Shown: positions 29,032 to 40,901 of the stretch, piece after piece
Layout: every line of letters begins with the position of its first letter
How positions within the stretch are numbered: position 1 is the stretch's first letter
Source: an uncultured Gammaproteobacteria bacterium
GTDB taxonomy: Bacteria > Pseudomonadota > Gammaproteobacteria > UBA6002
Direction: 5' to 3'
Assembly (NCBI GenBank): GCA_963705725.1
Contig: CAVPKM010000016.1
Span: 32,001-96,000 of the forward strand
DNA length: 64,000 nucleotides
Translations under genes and position numbers: made by a program
The notes under the pieces: model-generated
What the model was told of the DNA's origin: nothing
The model's database searches: none
What the model saw: only the letters and a program-made list of their open reading frames with translations

Positions 29032-30325
29032 ATGTCTCTTGTGGATTCAAATAATATTCCCCATCTTATCACGTCATTGCAAGGACCGTTACTACAATTA
29101 GAACGGCATTTTTTATCCCATCAAATAGTCATTGAATCCTGGTTCAGAAAACAACTACGGCTCACTCCTCCACCTATTCATTGCTCTGTTGATTTACGCA
29201 ATGCCGGTTTTAAAATAGCGCCAGTTGATACAAATTTATTTCCCGGTGGATTTAATAATTTAAATCCAGACTGTATTCCGCTTTGCATACAAGCCGTTCA
29301 ATCGACAATGGAACAAATCTGCCCAAACGCAAAGAAGGTATTGATTATACCTGAAAATCATACTAGAAATATTCATTATTATGAAAATATTGCCATACTA
29401 CAACGTATTTTTACCAAAGCAGGATTTGAAGTCAAAATTGGAACGCTATTACCAGAAATCACCTCCCCAAAAGAACTCGCCCTACCCTCTCAAAAAAAAA
29501 TCGTATTAGAGCCAATTTCTCGTGAAGGTAACACGATAGCAGTCAATCACTTCCAGCCTTGCCTAATATTATTAAATAATGACCTCTCTGCGGGTGTGCC
29601 TGAAATTTTACTCAATTTAAACCAGTTAATTCTCCCGCCCGTTATTGCGGGCTGGCACACACGACTCAAATCCAAACATTTTCAACATTATCAAGCAGTG
29701 GCTAAAGAATTTGCAAAGGCTTTAGATCTTGATCCTTGGCTTATTTCCCCGCTGTTTCGTTATAGTGAACAAGTAGATTTTATTGAAATGAAAGGAGAAA
29801 AATGTCTCGTAGAAGAAGCTCATCAATTACTTCGAAGCTATTCGATCTAAATATAAAGAATACCAGATAGATAAAAAACCCTACTTAGTGGTAAAGGCGG
29901 ATAGAGGCACTTACGGGATGGCCGTGATGATGATTCAACAGCCAGAGGAATTATTACAGATGAGTCGCAAGGAACGATTAAAAATGGCAAATATCAAGGG
30001 TGGGCAGGAAGTCAGCGAGGTATTAATTCAAGAAGGGGTGCATACTGAAGAAACCTGGGGAGAAAACTCTGCTTCCGCAGAACCTGTGATTTATATGATT
30101 GGCAAATATGTCGTAGGAGGATTTTATCGAGTACATGCGAATAGGGGGGTAGATGAAAATTTAAACGCGCCCGGCATGAACTTCGAACCGCTTGCTTTTA
30201 GCACTTCTTGTAATGATCCTGATGAAGTACTCGGAAGTTGTACCAATCGATTTTATGCTTATGGGGTGATTGGTCGGCTTGCGATGATTGCTGCAGCAAG
30301 AGAACTAGGAGCAAATCATGACTAA
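29032..30325 (+). pseudogene. gshA: Glutamate--cysteine ligase (GshA) split by one +1 frameshift (pseudogene or sequencing error)
   Basis: 'SVDLRNAGFKIAPVDTNLFPGGFNNL' in ORF1 and 'VKADRGTYGMAVM...GGFYRVH' in ORF2; removing one base near 29833 gives continuous 'HQLLEAIRSKYKEYQIDKKPYLVVKAD'; upstream of gshB. Confidence 0.87.
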
Positions 30326-31280
30326 GCGCTTGCAAATGGCTGTCATCATGGATCCTATCGAGAGAATTAACTATAAAAAGGATACGACGTTAGCGTTAAT
30401 GCTGGAGGCACAAAAACGAGATTGGGATATTTTTTATCTGGAACAAAGGGGGGTTTATCTTAAGGACGGAAGGGCCTTTGGTAAGGGACTAAATTTAAAG
30501 GTAGTTGAAAATCCCAAATGCTGGTACCAGGCCATAGAAACACAAATCCGCCCACTAGGTGAGTTTGATATAATTTTAATGCGCAAAGACCCGCCTTTCG
30601 ACATGGAATATATCTACACCACCTATATTTTGCAATTTGCTCAAGAAGAAGGGGCGCATATCGTTAATGATCCACAGGGCTTAAGAGATGCAAATGAAAA
30701 ATTATTTGCCCAATGGTTCAAAGACTGCATGCCACCCACAATTACCACCAAGGATGGTCAGCTACTTAGGGATTTTATCGAAGACCACCAAGACGTGGTA
30801 TTAAAACCCCTTCACTCGATGGGAGGTGGGTCCATTTTTCATTTAAAATGGGGAGACGATAATATCAATGTTGCTATTGAAGTATTAACCGAAAATGGTC
30901 ACCGTCACATTATGGCACAACGTTTTATCCCAGAAATCACAAGTAGTGGTGATAAACGTATCTTTTTGATAGATGGCAACCCTTTGCCTTACGGATTGGC
31001 AAGATTCCCTGCGCCAGGAGAAATTAGAGGTAATCTTGCAGCTGGAGGAGAAGCAAAGGGCATACCCTTATCTCCTGAGGACTTGCACATTTGCAAAAAA
31101 GTGGGACCTACCCTGCGTAAAAAGGGGCTTTTCTTTGTTGGGTTGGATGTAATTGGCGGCTATTTAACTGAAATTAATGTTACCAGCCCAACGTGTGTGA
31201 GAGAACTTGAAGCTTTCTATTCAGTTAACGTTTGCGAACAGTTTTTTAGCGTATTAGAAAAAAATTATTTGTTCCGTTAA
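30318..31280 (+). CDS. gshB: Glutathione synthetase
   Basis: 'MDPI..I..KKDTT', 'MRKDPPFDMEYIY', 'RGNLAAGG', 'EINVTSPTC'. Confidence 0.96.
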   Translation: MTKRLQMAVIMDPIERINYKKDTTLALMLEAQKRDWDIFYLEQRGVYLKDGRAFGKGLNLKVVENPKCWYQAIETQIRPLGEFDIILMRKDPPFDMEYIYTTYILQFAQEEGAHIVNDPQGLRDANEKLFAQWFKDCMPPTITTKDGQLLRDFIEDHQDVVLKPLHSMGGGSIFHLKWGDDNINVAIEVLTENGHRHIMAQRFIPEITSSGDKRIFLIDGNPLPYGLARFPAPGEIRGNLAAGGEAKGIPLSPEDLHICKKVGPTLRKKGLFFVGLDVIGGYLTEINVTSPTCVRELEAFYSVNVCEQFFSVLEKNYLFR

Positions 31281-32839
31281 ATGCTTTCATTTTGTTTTCT
31301 AATTCGCTGTCTTTCCAGTATCAATTTTGCCTTGCTTCCTGGAATTTTATCAGGATAGAGCGTTGCCATTGAAACGGATAACCCATTTTGAGTCTTCATG
31401 CGAGTATGTGTACGATTAAGTTCTCTTGGCTCTTTGATACCACAGGAATGACAAATCACGCCAATCTCGTAATTCATGTTCATAGCATAATTGTAGACAC
31501 GAACCGCCTTGTTTGTGGGATCAAGACCATAAGTATAACGCGGATCGTTTGACGTGATTCCAGTAGGACAGGTGTTTAAGTGACAACGTAGCGCTTGAAT
31601 GCATCCCAATGAAAACATAAAGCCTCGTGCTGAATTCACAAAGTCCGCACCCACGCAAAGCGACCAGACGACCTCTGCGGCAGTGATCAATTTACCGGAT
31701 GCAATGATTTTAATTCGATCTTTTAATCCATACTCTACAAGTGTATCAACTAATACAGGCAGGGCTTCTGTTATTGGGATACCCATGTAATCCATTAAGC
31801 TCATTGGGGCAGCACCGGTGCCACCCCCTGCCCCATCCAAAGTAATAAAGTCTGGAGCAGAGTCAAGGCCTCTCTCTAGAATCAGGGTACATAATTCTTC
31901 CAGCCACTCGAAACCACCTAAACAAATCTTAAATCCAGTAGGCTTTCCAGTCACGTCTCGGACATGATTGATAAAATCAAGAAGTTCGGCTGAGTTGCCA
32001 ATTTCAGGATGTCGATTTGGGCTAATTGAGTCTTCGTGAATGGGTATACCCCGGATTGTGGCAATTTCTTCGTTCACTTTGATTGCAGGCAATAATCCTC
32101 CCTTACCCGGTTTTGCTCCTTGACTTAATTTCACTTCAAACATCACAACCTGATCGTGTGCTGCGACTTCTAGTAATTTTTCATCGCTAAGTTTGCCATC
32201 TAATGTCCGAAAGCCATATTTTGCAGTACCAATTTGGGCAATAATATCAGCGCCTCCTTCCAGATGATAGGGCGAAACGCCGCCCTCACCTGTATTGAGC
32301 CAGCAGCCGGCCATTTTTGCGCCACGTGACAAGGCAAGGATTGCATTTTTAGATAAGGCGCCATAACTCATGGCAGAAATATTAAAAATTGAAGTGGCAA
32401 TATAAGGCTTTGGACATTGCGGCCCAATAGTCACTGGTTGACTGGCCACAGCGTCCTCATTCAGTGTCGGGAAGGGCGCATCAACAAAATAAATGGTGCC
32501 GGTCGGTTTTAAATTTCGTGTAGAACCAAAGCTAATTGTATTATTTAAGTCTTTTGCAGCGCGATATACCCAAGAACGCTGCGCGCGATTGAAAGGGAGC
32601 TCATTCCGATCACCTTCAAACCAATATTGACGCAAATAAACGCCCAAATCTTCAGTGATATAGCGAAGATGACCGATAACCGGATAATTTCTTAATATGG
32701 CACGATTTTTTTGTTTTCGGTCATAAAGATACAAAGCGGTTAAACCTAGCGCGAAAACAATAAGAACAAAAAGTAAGAAGGAATCGCTAATTTTTTGCAA
32801 TTCCATGGAGACTATTTTCAATAAAGCACGGTCAAACAT
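31277..32839 (-). CDS. FMN-binding glutamate synthase family protein (membrane-anchored, YerD-like)
   Basis: 'NISAMSYGALS', 'NTGEGG', 'KLSQGAKPGKGG', 'GCIQALRCHLNTCPTGI'; N-terminal TM; start trimmed to MFDRAL. Confidence 0.87.
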   Translation of the reverse strand: MFDRALLKIVSMELQKISDSFLLFVLIVFALGLTALYLYDRKQKNRAILRNYPVIGHLRYITEDLGVYLRQYWFEGDRNELPFNRAQRSWVYRAAKDLNNTISFGSTRNLKPTGTIYFVDAPFPTLNEDAVASQPVTIGPQCPKPYIATSIFNISAMSYGALSKNAILALSRGAKMAGCWLNTGEGGVSPYHLEGGADIIAQIGTAKYGFRTLDGKLSDEKLLEVAAHDQVVMFEVKLSQGAKPGKGGLLPAIKVNEEIATIRGIPIHEDSISPNRHPEIGNSAELLDFINHVRDVTGKPTGFKICLGGFEWLEELCTLILERGLDSAPDFITLDGAGGGTGAAPMSLMDYMGIPITEALPVLVDTLVEYGLKDRIKIIASGKLITAAEVVWSLCVGADFVNSARGFMFSLGCIQALRCHLNTCPTGITSNDPRYTYGLDPTNKAVRVYNYAMNMNYEIGVICHSCGIKEPRELNRTHTRMKTQNGLSVSMATLYPDKIPGSKAKLILERQRIRKQNESI

Positions 32840-32917
32840 AATCACTCCCTTTATGTGCCATGCAAAGAGCATAGCATAGATATACCCTTGGTGAGTGGAT
32901 TTAGGCTAAGGTATCGA

Positions 32918-34630
32918 TTACTGACCAGATTTAATTTGTAGGTGACGACTATCCATGGCACCAAAAATCTGATGGGTTTGAGGATCAATTAGAATTCCAC
33001 TCACCGCACCCCATAACTCGGTTCCGTAAGGAGAACCAAGCTGCAACACATAGCCCATTTTATGCAATAAATTCCGGCTATCTTTGCAGATGGAAAAACG
33101 CTCCATAAAAATTTTATCGGGTATCGCCTGCATGTGGATACGCGGCATATCTTCTGCTTCTTGTATATCCATATCATATTCAATGACGTTCAATATGACA
33201 TTGACGAGTTGTGAAGGGATGGTAGAGCCTCCCGGCGTGCCAATTATCAAGAACGGTAGGGAATGTTTAAGCACAAAAGTCGGCGCCATGGAACTCAACG
33301 GTCTTTTGTCTCCTTGGATCAGATTTTTTGATCCTTGAACCAAACCATAAGCATTGGCACTGCCCGGTTTAATAGTAAAATCTGCTAGTTCATTATTTAA
33401 GAAAAAACCTTTATCACCAGCGATAACCTTGGCGCCAAAATAATCGTTTAATGTATAAGTAACCGAAACAGCATTGCCTGCTTTATCCACAACAACAAAG
33501 GAAGTCGTATTCTTGCCTTCCACTTTTTGAGCTGTTGCGATATCGATAGTAGGGGTAGCCTTATCTCGGTGAATGTGACTTCTAATCATTTCAATGTGTT
33601 TTCGCGAAAGCAGAAATTCAATTGGATTATGAATAAAGCGTGGATCGCCTAAATAAAAGTTGCGATCTAAATAAGCAAAGCGTAAAGCCTCTACCAGATA
33701 ATGAATGCTCATGGCAGAGTGAAAGCCCAAGCGAGCGAGAGGATAGGCTTCCAAAATTTTTAGTGTTTCACAGATTGTCACACCTGAACCTGGAGGAGGA
33801 GCGGTGGCAATCTGATAATTTTTATACTGGCAAAGAAGAGGAGGACGTTCTACTACCTGATAATTTTGTAAATCATTGACAGTGATTAACCCGCCATGCG
33901 CCCGACTCGCCGCTACTATGGCTTTCGCAATACTACCGCGATAGAAGGCAGCTGGCCCTTGATTCGCAATTTTTTTTAATGTGGCAGCAAGATTTTTTTG
34001 CAGTAATTTTTCCGAAGCACGATAGGTCCGATTATTCTTGAGAAAAATGGCCTTAACGTTTGGCTCTTTCTTAAAACTTTCTTCACCTAATTTCAATACC
34101 GCTGCATCTTGGTCATTCAGGATGTAGCCATTTTCTGCCAGATGAATTGCTGGCTCCATTACCGCCGCTCGTGAGAAAGTTCCATATTTTTTTAAAGCAT
34201 AATCCAGGCCTTTAACTGTGCCAGGTACACCAATTGCAAGATAAGGCTTGCTGAGTCCTCCTGCAATATGCTTTGAACTTAAATAATCGTCTCGTACTTT
34301 TCCTGATTGGTCAAGATAGAGGGAGGGGCGAGCCTGATGAGGCGCTTTTTCTCTAAAATCGATAAAGGTCATCTTGCCATTGGCTAGACGAATTAACATC
34401 AATCCGCCTCCCCCAATATTACCGCAACAGGGATGGACAACAGCCAAGGCATAGCCAATTGCTACTGCACTATCAATTGCATTTCCTCCTTTCTGCAATA
34501 TCGCCATACCAATTTCAGTGGCATAATGCTGAGCGCTAACCGCCATTCCCTGATTGTTGACAACCGGCGCGGGCGCAGCAGCTTTAGCGGATGAGGAAAT
34601 TAATAAAGCAAGTAGAAAAAAATAATGCAT
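32918..34630 (-). CDS. ggt: Gamma-glutamyltransferase
   Basis: Signal peptide, 'GGNAIDSAVA', 'IDFREKAP', autoprocessing 'NTTSFVVVD', 'KRPLSSMAP', 'GTPGGS'. Confidence 0.93.
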   Translation of the reverse strand: MHYFFLLALLISSSAKAAAPAPVVNNQGMAVSAQHYATEIGMAILQKGGNAIDSAVAIGYALAVVHPCCGNIGGGGLMLIRLANGKMTFIDFREKAPHQARPSLYLDQSGKVRDDYLSSKHIAGGLSKPYLAIGVPGTVKGLDYALKKYGTFSRAAVMEPAIHLAENGYILNDQDAAVLKLGEESFKKEPNVKAIFLKNNRTYRASEKLLQKNLAATLKKIANQGPAAFYRGSIAKAIVAASRAHGGLITVNDLQNYQVVERPPLLCQYKNYQIATAPPPGSGVTICETLKILEAYPLARLGFHSAMSIHYLVEALRFAYLDRNFYLGDPRFIHNPIEFLLSRKHIEMIRSHIHRDKATPTIDIATAQKVEGKNTTSFVVVDKAGNAVSVTYTLNDYFGAKVIAGDKGFFLNNELADFTIKPGSANAYGLVQGSKNLIQGDKRPLSSMAPTFVLKHSLPFLIIGTPGGSTIPSQLVNVILNVIEYDMDIQEAEDMPRIHMQAIPDKIFMERFSICKDSRNLLHKMGYVLQLGSPYGTELWGAVSGILIDPQTHQIFGAMDSRHLQIKSGQ

Positions 34631-35395
34631 AGCAACCGCCCTGTCATTTACGTAGAAGATCCTTCTCGAGTCATTGAAGGGAAACATTTATCCCATCATA
34701 CCGGATTACCCTTGGTTCAAAACCCTCAAGACTATTTATTTGTGCTGACGCTAACCAAAAATCGATTAGAGCTGCGTGTTAGAGATGAGAAATTTAAGCC
34801 CATCGCTATAGATTTTTTATCCAAACAAATGAACCATCGTCTCAACCAAGCAAGAAAGGGTAATGAGCTGATTGCCCGCGCTATTGGGTTAACATCACAT
34901 TTTTCCCCTACGGTGGTGGATGCTACAGCAGGTTTCGCACAAGATGCATTGATTTTGGCCCACCTTGGATGCCAGGTAATGATGCTAGAGCGATCCCCTA
35001 TTCTCAGCGCGCTCATTGTCGACGCCCTGCTAAGGGCAAAAAAAGTTATGCCGGAGTGGATTGACCGGCTTCAATTTTATGAAATAGAAGCTTGTGCTTT
35101 TTTACAATCGCAACTAGCCCAGCAAATCACTATCGATGCTATCTACTTGGATCCCATGTTCCCCATCCGAAAAAAAACGGCGCAGGTAAAAAAGGAGATG
35201 CAGGTATTGCAATCACTAGTTGGAATTGACAACGATACCAACGACTTATTCGCATTAGCTATAGAAATCGCAAAAAAAAGAGTCGTGGTTAAAAGACCCC
35301 TGCATGCAGACACGTTAACAAAGATACCCCCGACAATACAATATAGGGGAAGGAGTTGCCGCTTTGATGTCTATTTAACCTCAGTACGGAAATGA
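34625..35395 (+). CDS. rsmJ: 16S rRNA m2G1516 methyltransferase
   Basis: 'VVDATAGFAQD', 'ERSP', 'IYLDPMFP', 'VKKEMQ', 'RVVVKRP', 'RFDVY'. Confidence 0.88.
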   Translation: MHSNRPVIYVEDPSRVIEGKHLSHHTGLPLVQNPQDYLFVLTLTKNRLELRVRDEKFKPIAIDFLSKQMNHRLNQARKGNELIARAIGLTSHFSPTVVDATAGFAQDALILAHLGCQVMMLERSPILSALIVDALLRAKKVMPEWIDRLQFYEIEACAFLQSQLAQQITIDAIYLDPMFPIRKKTAQVKKEMQVLQSLVGIDNDTNDLFALAIEIAKKRVVVKRPLHADTLTKIPPTIQYRGRSCRFDVYLTSVRK

Positions 35396-35406
35396 CCTAT
35401 TACCAG

Positions 35407-35778
35407 TTAGTCAGAAACTACTAAAAGGCCTTCCTTGCGCCAAGCGCCAAAACCTCCTTTCAGCGACCAAACATTTTTATAACCCATTTTTTGAATGGCA
35501 TCTGCTGCTAAGGCAGAGCGAAATCCGCCCCCACAATAAAGCACAAGCGCAGCTTCTTTCTGCGGGATAAGGTCGACGATATCGCGTTCAATTGTACCCT
35601 TGCATAAATGAATTGCATCCGGCAAATGCCCTTGGTCCCATTCTGTTTCTTCACGAACGTCGATAAGTTGTGGCGGAGTTGATGAGTTAATCTCGGTAAT
35701 TAACTCCATTACAGATAATTCTTTGATGCGTGTACGCGCGTCTTCTACTAAGGCAAGAAATTCTTCATGATGTTTCAT
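35407..35778 (-). CDS. Single-domain rhodanese / sulfurtransferase
   Basis: 'LIDVRE..EW..GH...AIHL', 'LYCGGGFRSALAA', 'SLKGG'. Confidence 0.88.
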   Translation of the reverse strand: MKHHEEFLALVEDARTRIKELSVMELITEINSSTPPQLIDVREETEWDQGHLPDAIHLCKGTIERDIVDLIPQKEAALVLYCGGGFRSALAADAIQKMGYKNVWSLKGGFGAWRKEGLLVVSD

Positions 35779-37673
35779 TATTGCACCTCCGCTAAGTCAC
35801 CCTTTTTTTCTAACCAGCTTTTACGATCTGCTACTCTTTTTTTGGACAGCAACATATCAAGTAAATCTTCTGTTTTATCACCCTCTTCCACAATCAACTG
35901 AATCAGTCGCCGTGTTTCAGGAGCCATGGTCGTTTCTCTTAATTGTAATGGGTTCATTTCCCCCAAACCTTTGAAACGTTGTATATGAACCGTCCCTTTT
36001 CTTTTTTCTGCTGCAATTCGTTCTAAAATGCCTTTTTTTTCTGCATCATCTAAAGCATAGAACACTTCTTTTCCTACATCAATTCGATAAAGTGGCGGCA
36101 TTGCTACATAGACGTGACCAGCCAAGACCAAAGGCCGGAAGTGTTTTAAAAATAAAGCGCAAAGCAAGGTGGCAATATGTTGACCATCAGAATCCGCATC
36201 AGCGAGTATGCAAATTTTATTATATCTTAAATCTTCAAGGCTTTCAGTGCCAGGTGTCACTCCAATTGCAACAGAAATATCATGAATTTCCTGAGAACTC
36301 AGAATGACATTTGCATTCACTTCCCAAGTATTTAAAATTTTACCGCGCAGCGGCATCACTGCTTGAAACTCTCGATTACGTGCTTGTTTTGCAGAGCCAC
36401 CTGCAGAGTCTCCTTCAACTAAAAATAATTCGCTAAATGGTGAATTTGTCGAGCTGCAATCTGCCAATTTTCCGGGCAGAGCTGGACCTGCAGTGACTTT
36501 TTTTCTGATAATTTTTTTACTATCGCGAAATCGTCGCTGCGCATTATTAATCACCAGTTCTGCTAGGCTTTCGCCAATTGAAACGTGTTGATTTAAAAAT
36601 AGGCTGAACGCATCTTTAACCACACCTGACACAAATGCAGCGCATTCTCTTGAAGACAAACGCTCCTTGGTTTGGCCAGAAAACTGCGGTTCTTGTAATT
36701 TAACAGATAAAATATAATTACAGTTATCCCAGATATCTTCCACATTCAACTTTAAGCCACGAGGCAAAAGTTTTCTAATTTCACAAAATTCGCGCATGGC
36801 TTCAAGTAATCCCGTCCTCAAGCCATTGACGTGTGTTCCACCTTGAATAGTTGGGATTAAATTAACGTAGCTTTCTGCAATCTGTGAATTCTCTTCTGTT
36901 AACCATAACAGTGCCCAATCTGCTGCTTCTGTTGGACCTGAAAAACTTCCAATAAAAGGCTGATCAGGTATGCAGTTATCCGTCTCCAAAGACTGACTTA
37001 AATAATCTGATAATCCATTTTCATAACACCATTCTTCAGTTTTATTGACGATTTCATCATAATAATGAATATGTAGCCCTGGACAAAGCACGGCTTTAGC
37101 ACGCAAGACATGGATCAGCTCTGTGCGAGAAAATTTGCCATTATCAAAATATTCACTATCTGGCCAAAATCGCACAGTGGTTCCCGTTTCGCGCTTATTC
37201 ACTTTACCGACTTCTTTTAAGTCCTCGACTTTCTCCCCATTTTCAAAACTAATTTGATAAATTTTGCCATCTCGCTTGACATTAACTTGTAATTTTAAAG
37301 ACAGCGCATTGACAACAGAAATGCCAACTCCATGCAAACCGCCGGAATACTGATAACTTTTATTGGAAAATTTTGCCCCAGCATGTAGGCGAGTTAAGAT
37401 TAATTCTACCCCGGATATTCCTTCCTCTTTATGAATATCAACGGGTATGCCCCTGCCGTCATCGATCACTTCCAGGGAACCGTCTTTATATACCGAAATC
37501 ATAATATTATGCGCATGGCCAGCTATTGCTTCATCCATGCTATTATCAATCACTTCCCAAGCTAGGTGGTTAGGATTGCGAGTATTGGTATACATGCCCG
37601 GTCTTTTACGAACAGGATCAAGGCCACTATATACTTCAATTGCTTGAGCGGTATATTCGTTTTGTGCCATCAT
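35778..37673 (-). CDS. parE: DNA topoisomerase IV subunit B
   Basis: 'GLDPVRKRPGMYT', 'EVIDNSMDEA', 'LVEGDSAGGSAKQAR', 'ADADSDG', 'RFKGLGEMNPLQLRETT'. Confidence 0.96.
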   Translation of the reverse strand: MMAQNEYTAQAIEVYSGLDPVRKRPGMYTNTRNPNHLAWEVIDNSMDEAIAGHAHNIMISVYKDGSLEVIDDGRGIPVDIHKEEGISGVELILTRLHAGAKFSNKSYQYSGGLHGVGISVVNALSLKLQVNVKRDGKIYQISFENGEKVEDLKEVGKVNKRETGTTVRFWPDSEYFDNGKFSRTELIHVLRAKAVLCPGLHIHYYDEIVNKTEEWCYENGLSDYLSQSLETDNCIPDQPFIGSFSGPTEAADWALLWLTEENSQIAESYVNLIPTIQGGTHVNGLRTGLLEAMREFCEIRKLLPRGLKLNVEDIWDNCNYILSVKLQEPQFSGQTKERLSSRECAAFVSGVVKDAFSLFLNQHVSIGESLAELVINNAQRRFRDSKKIIRKKVTAGPALPGKLADCSSTNSPFSELFLVEGDSAGGSAKQARNREFQAVMPLRGKILNTWEVNANVILSSQEIHDISVAIGVTPGTESLEDLRYNKICILADADSDGQHIATLLCALFLKHFRPLVLAGHVYVAMPPLYRIDVGKEVFYALDDAEKKGILERIAAEKRKGTVHIQRFKGLGEMNPLQLRETTMAPETRRLIQLIVEEGDKTEDLLDMLLSKKRVADRKSWLEKKGDLAEVQ

Positions 37674-37680
37674 TTCAACT

Positions 37681-39030
37681 CTACGATTTTTTTTTCCAGT
37701 TTTTTATTGTCACTTGCCTAGCACGGCCTACTGTTAGCTCTCCAGCTGGCGGGTCTTTAGTAATTGTTGATCCAGCACCGATATAAGCATTTTCACCGAC
37801 TATAAGAGGTGCAACCAATTCCGTGCCAGAACCGATAAAAGCACCCGCTTTAATTACAGTAGTATATTTGTTCACGCCATCATAGTTACAAGTAATGGTA
37901 CCCGCACCAACATTTACGCCCTTACCCACAATCGCATCGCCAAGATACGTTAAGTGATTAATTTTACTACCCTGATCAACTTCCGCATTTTTTAACTCTA
38001 CAAAGTTACCGACATGTACATCAGATTGCAATTTCGTGTTTGGCCTAATTCTAGCAAAAGGTCCAATAATACAGTTATCAGCAATAACAGCATCCTCAAT
38101 TACGCAATGGGATTTAATGACGACATTGTTACCAATAAGTGAATTTTTGACTAGGGTATTGGGGCCAATTATCGTACCTTTTCCCACTTTGTTATTACCC
38201 TCGAAAATGACATTCACATCAATAGTGACGTCCTGTTCTGTTTCTATTTGACCCCGAAAATCCACACGTTTAGCGTCATATAATGTGACGCCTTTCTCCA
38301 TCAAGGTCTCTGCTTTTCGTCTCTGATAATGGCGTTCTGCAGCCATTAATTGCTGCCTGGTATTAATTCCTTCCACTTCCCAAAGATTTGCCTTGGTACT
38401 CACTACCTTTCGTTTTTCTTCCACTGCTTTTGAAATGATGTCCGTCAAATAATATTCCCGCTGTGCATTATTAGATTTAAGTGATGGCAACCAATTTTTT
38501 AACAAACTTGCTTTTGCGACAAGAATGCCTGAGTTAAATTCCCGGATAGTGAGTTGATCTGTTGTCGCATCTCTCTGCTCGACAATCGCCATAATTTGAT
38601 TTTCATCATTTCGGACTATCCTGCCTAAGCCCTGTGGATTTTTAGTCTCTGCAACTATAATGCCAATTTGTTCTACTGCAGTCGAAGCCAATAATTTTTC
38701 TAGGGTGGCTGTTTTAATAAGCGGGACATCCCCATATAGTACTAAAACTCTTGCATCAGGATGGATAGTAGGCATCGCCTGCATTAAGGCATGTCCTGTT
38801 CCAAGTGGAGGATCTTGTAAGACCCAATTCACGTCCAAATCGCTTAGCATCTCGCTAATTTGTTGTTTGTCTTTTCCATAAACAACATGAATTGAGTGTG
38901 GTTTTAATGTTCTTGCTGTTTCTACCACATGAGAAAGTAAGGGAATACCACCTAGAGGATGTAAAACCTTGTGCAATTGAGAGTGCATGCGCTTGCTAGC
39001 ACCTGCAGCGAGAATAACGATATCTAGCAT
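37681..39030 (-). CDS. glmU: Bifunctional GlcNAc-1-P uridyltransferase/acetyltransferase
   Basis: 'IVILAAGAS.RM', 'LYGDVP', 'EYYLTD', hexapeptide repeats, 'GAGTITCNYDG'; start trimmed to 39030. Confidence 0.95.
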   Translation of the reverse strand: MLDIVILAAGASKRMHSQLHKVLHPLGGIPLLSHVVETARTLKPHSIHVVYGKDKQQISEMLSDLDVNWVLQDPPLGTGHALMQAMPTIHPDARVLVLYGDVPLIKTATLEKLLASTAVEQIGIIVAETKNPQGLGRIVRNDENQIMAIVEQRDATTDQLTIREFNSGILVAKASLLKNWLPSLKSNNAQREYYLTDIISKAVEEKRKVVSTKANLWEVEGINTRQQLMAAERHYQRRKAETLMEKGVTLYDAKRVDFRGQIETEQDVTIDVNVIFEGNNKVGKGTIIGPNTLVKNSLIGNNVVIKSHCVIEDAVIADNCIIGPFARIRPNTKLQSDVHVGNFVELKNAEVDQGSKINHLTYLGDAIVGKGVNVGAGTITCNYDGVNKYTTVIKAGAFIGSGTELVAPLIVGENAYIGAGSTITKDPPAGELTVGRARQVTIKNWKKKS

Positions 39031-39031
39031 G

Positions 39032-39475
39032 CTAAGAATCGCTATGACCGTATTTCTTACGAAGCTGCTTAATTTGTCTAATGGCACGCAATTGTGCAGC
39101 GGTTTCTGCTAATTCGCTCAATGTTTTTGAATATTCAATGTCATTTTTGCGTGAAGCAGCGGCTTCTTCCGCCTGTTCTCTGGCTTGAATCGCTGCCAAC
39201 TCATCTAAGTCTTGTGCGCGAATAGCAGTATCGGCAAGGATGGTTGCCACTTCAGGCTGAACTTCAAGCGTCCCACCTGACACATAGAAAACTTCTTCCT
39301 TCCCACCTTGTAAAACCACACGAATCAGACCAGGTTTGATAAAGGTCAAAAGTGGTGTATGACCAGGCATAATACCCAGCTCACCCCAAATACCAGAGAC
39401 AGAAATAGATTCTGCACGTCCAGAAAAAACTTCTCCTTCTGCACTTACAATATCCAAATGAAGCGTCATTGCCAT
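39032..39475 (-). CDS. atpC: F1Fo ATP synthase epsilon subunit
   Basis: 'LDIVSAE', '[12 protein letters not shown]', 'VSGG.LEVQP'. Confidence 0.96.
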   Translation of the reverse strand: MAMTLHLDIVSAEGEVFSGRAESISVSGIWGELGIMPGHTPLLTFIKPGLIRVVLQGGKEEVFYVSGGTLEVQPEVATILADTAIRAQDLDELAAIQAREQAEEAAASRKNDIEYSKTLSELAETAAQLRAIRQIKQLRKKYGHSDS

Positions 39476-39484
39476 GCTAACACC

Positions 39485-40885
<1,401 letters not shown>

Positions 40886-40901
40886 TCAATCCCCTTTAAT
40901 G

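Noticed and set aside
39031-39087. Extended N-termini in the ORF track for glmU, rpiA, nudF, ggt, efp and rpmH
   Set aside because: The extensions overlap neighbouring genes or precede the family-conserved start, so starts were trimmed.
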